Positions 62,801-64,000 of a stretch of DNA of 64,000 nt are shown here, in pieces. The first letter of the stretch is position 1. Each line of letters starts with the position of its first letter. The stretch is taken from contig NW_026250432.1 of assembly GCF_024521635.1 (NCBI RefSeq), positions 372,001 through 436,000 of the forward strand, in the 5' to 3' direction. The position numbers and the translations under genes are program-made. Origin of the DNA: Tricharina praecox. Lineage: Eukaryota. The notes under the pieces were generated by a model. That model was not told the DNA's origin, ran no database searches, and was given only the letters and a program-made list of their open reading frames with translations.

Positions 62801-64000
62801 CCCAACATCCAGCGTTTAAATAATCGATGGCCCACCGTGAGCTCAAGGCGTTGAAAGTTCCGACGATACTACTACCTAGTTAGCGGCACGCAGGCTGTCC
62901 GGGCTCCGGACGTCGACGGTGTTCCGATGCAGCCCTTTGCTCTGAAGTTCCGATCCCCCCAGCCCTCCGAAAGTGCATCGGATCCCGGTGGTTTTGAAAG
63001 GGAGCGTGTCGCCTGGTCGTTGATGGGGATCGTGCATGTTCCAACATCCCCATTTCTCGAAAGGCGCCCCTCCGCCCGCTCCGGTTCGGTACATACGAGC
63101 GAGACCCCAATGCTCCGTCGTCACCGAGCTCGTTCCCGCTATCTGATTCGGTCAGGACAGGACAATTACACAACCTCTCACTCGCAGCCCGTCGTCGGCA
63201 GAAGGTGTCCCGTGGGGCAACAAGAAAAAAACCTCCAAGCAAGCCGGAAAAACCCCCTTCCGCCACCTCGAGCCCAATCGCAATCGCAATCGGCAAAGGA
63301 GGTCTAGACAGGGAAAACCCCAAGGTATAGGTAGTGCCCCACGGTGCGAACAATCTAGACTGGAAACTAAGTTGTCCGTAGTTAAGGGATCCCCGGTGAA
63401 AGCGCAAGCTTCGTTTTTCGTTTCGAGCCCGTCAAATGTTTTGTTCCCCCCCAAGATCCAGCGCCCAGGGCTTCGCGTGGACTCGCCACTGCGGTTGCAG
63501 CCAGATATACAAGAAGTACAGAAAGGGAGTGAGACGAAATACCATCAAATGTTTTCCAAGGCTTTCGTGAACTCGCCACTGCGGATCTGGCCAGATGTAC
63601 CAGATGTACTGGTACAAACAAGAAGTGAGGCGTGAGGTGAAACCCAGCTCAGCTGTTGAGGAACTGAGGGGTAGCTACCTAGTAGCTAAACTTGAACTCG
63701 AACCCCTCTATGAAGCTATGTACGCCTAGATGTAGAGCACATACTTGCCCGAACTTCGAAGGCTACTATGGTGCTATGATAGTCGGACTTGTCTATCTAT
63801 CAGCTGAGGTACCTAGGTAGGGCCCTGCGCGATGTTTGTTGAACTTGCGCTGCAGCTTGCAGCTTGCAGCTCCCGGAAACAAGTATGTATGTAAACAAGT
63901 TTCGCCGCCTGCTGATCTTCAAACTCCCAGCAGATTGTCAAGCGCATCAGCACTCCCAATACGGTGATACGTTGAATAGTAGAGCGACGTCGCCACTTCT

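Noticed and set aside
60000..64000. Possible genes at the right end
   Set aside because: Only short motif-less ORFs; consistent with the upstream region of the PTH11-like gene.

Overview
Intron-rich eukaryotic DNA, most likely a filamentous ascomycete (GT..CTRAY..AG introns, MEX67, PTH11-like gene); no prokaryotic features. The left ~34 kb holds three diverged copies of what looks like one four-gene cassette: an APC-superfamily (Mup1-like) amino-acid permease, a spliced 66-67 aa microprotein missed by the ORF track, a CorA-like two-TM protein lacking the GMN Mg2+ signature, and a convergent multidomain Ser/Thr kinase. Copy A (1-5313) is inverted and runs off the left edge. In copy B (7682-18571) the permease, microprotein and kinase are pseudogenes but the CorA-like gene is intact. 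Copy C (21828-34135) appears fully intact. Two MITE families are present (TA-flanked Tc1/mariner/pogo-like and TTA/TAA-flanked PIF/Harbinger-like), one nested in the other. The right half is ordinary: a hypothetical coiled-coil protein, MEX67 with an unusually long, structured first intron, a ~12 kb microsatellite-rich gene-poor region, a low-complexity protein with a Cys-rich module, and a PTH11-like membrane protein. All exon models were read by eye; functions are inferred from motifs and no database search was run.
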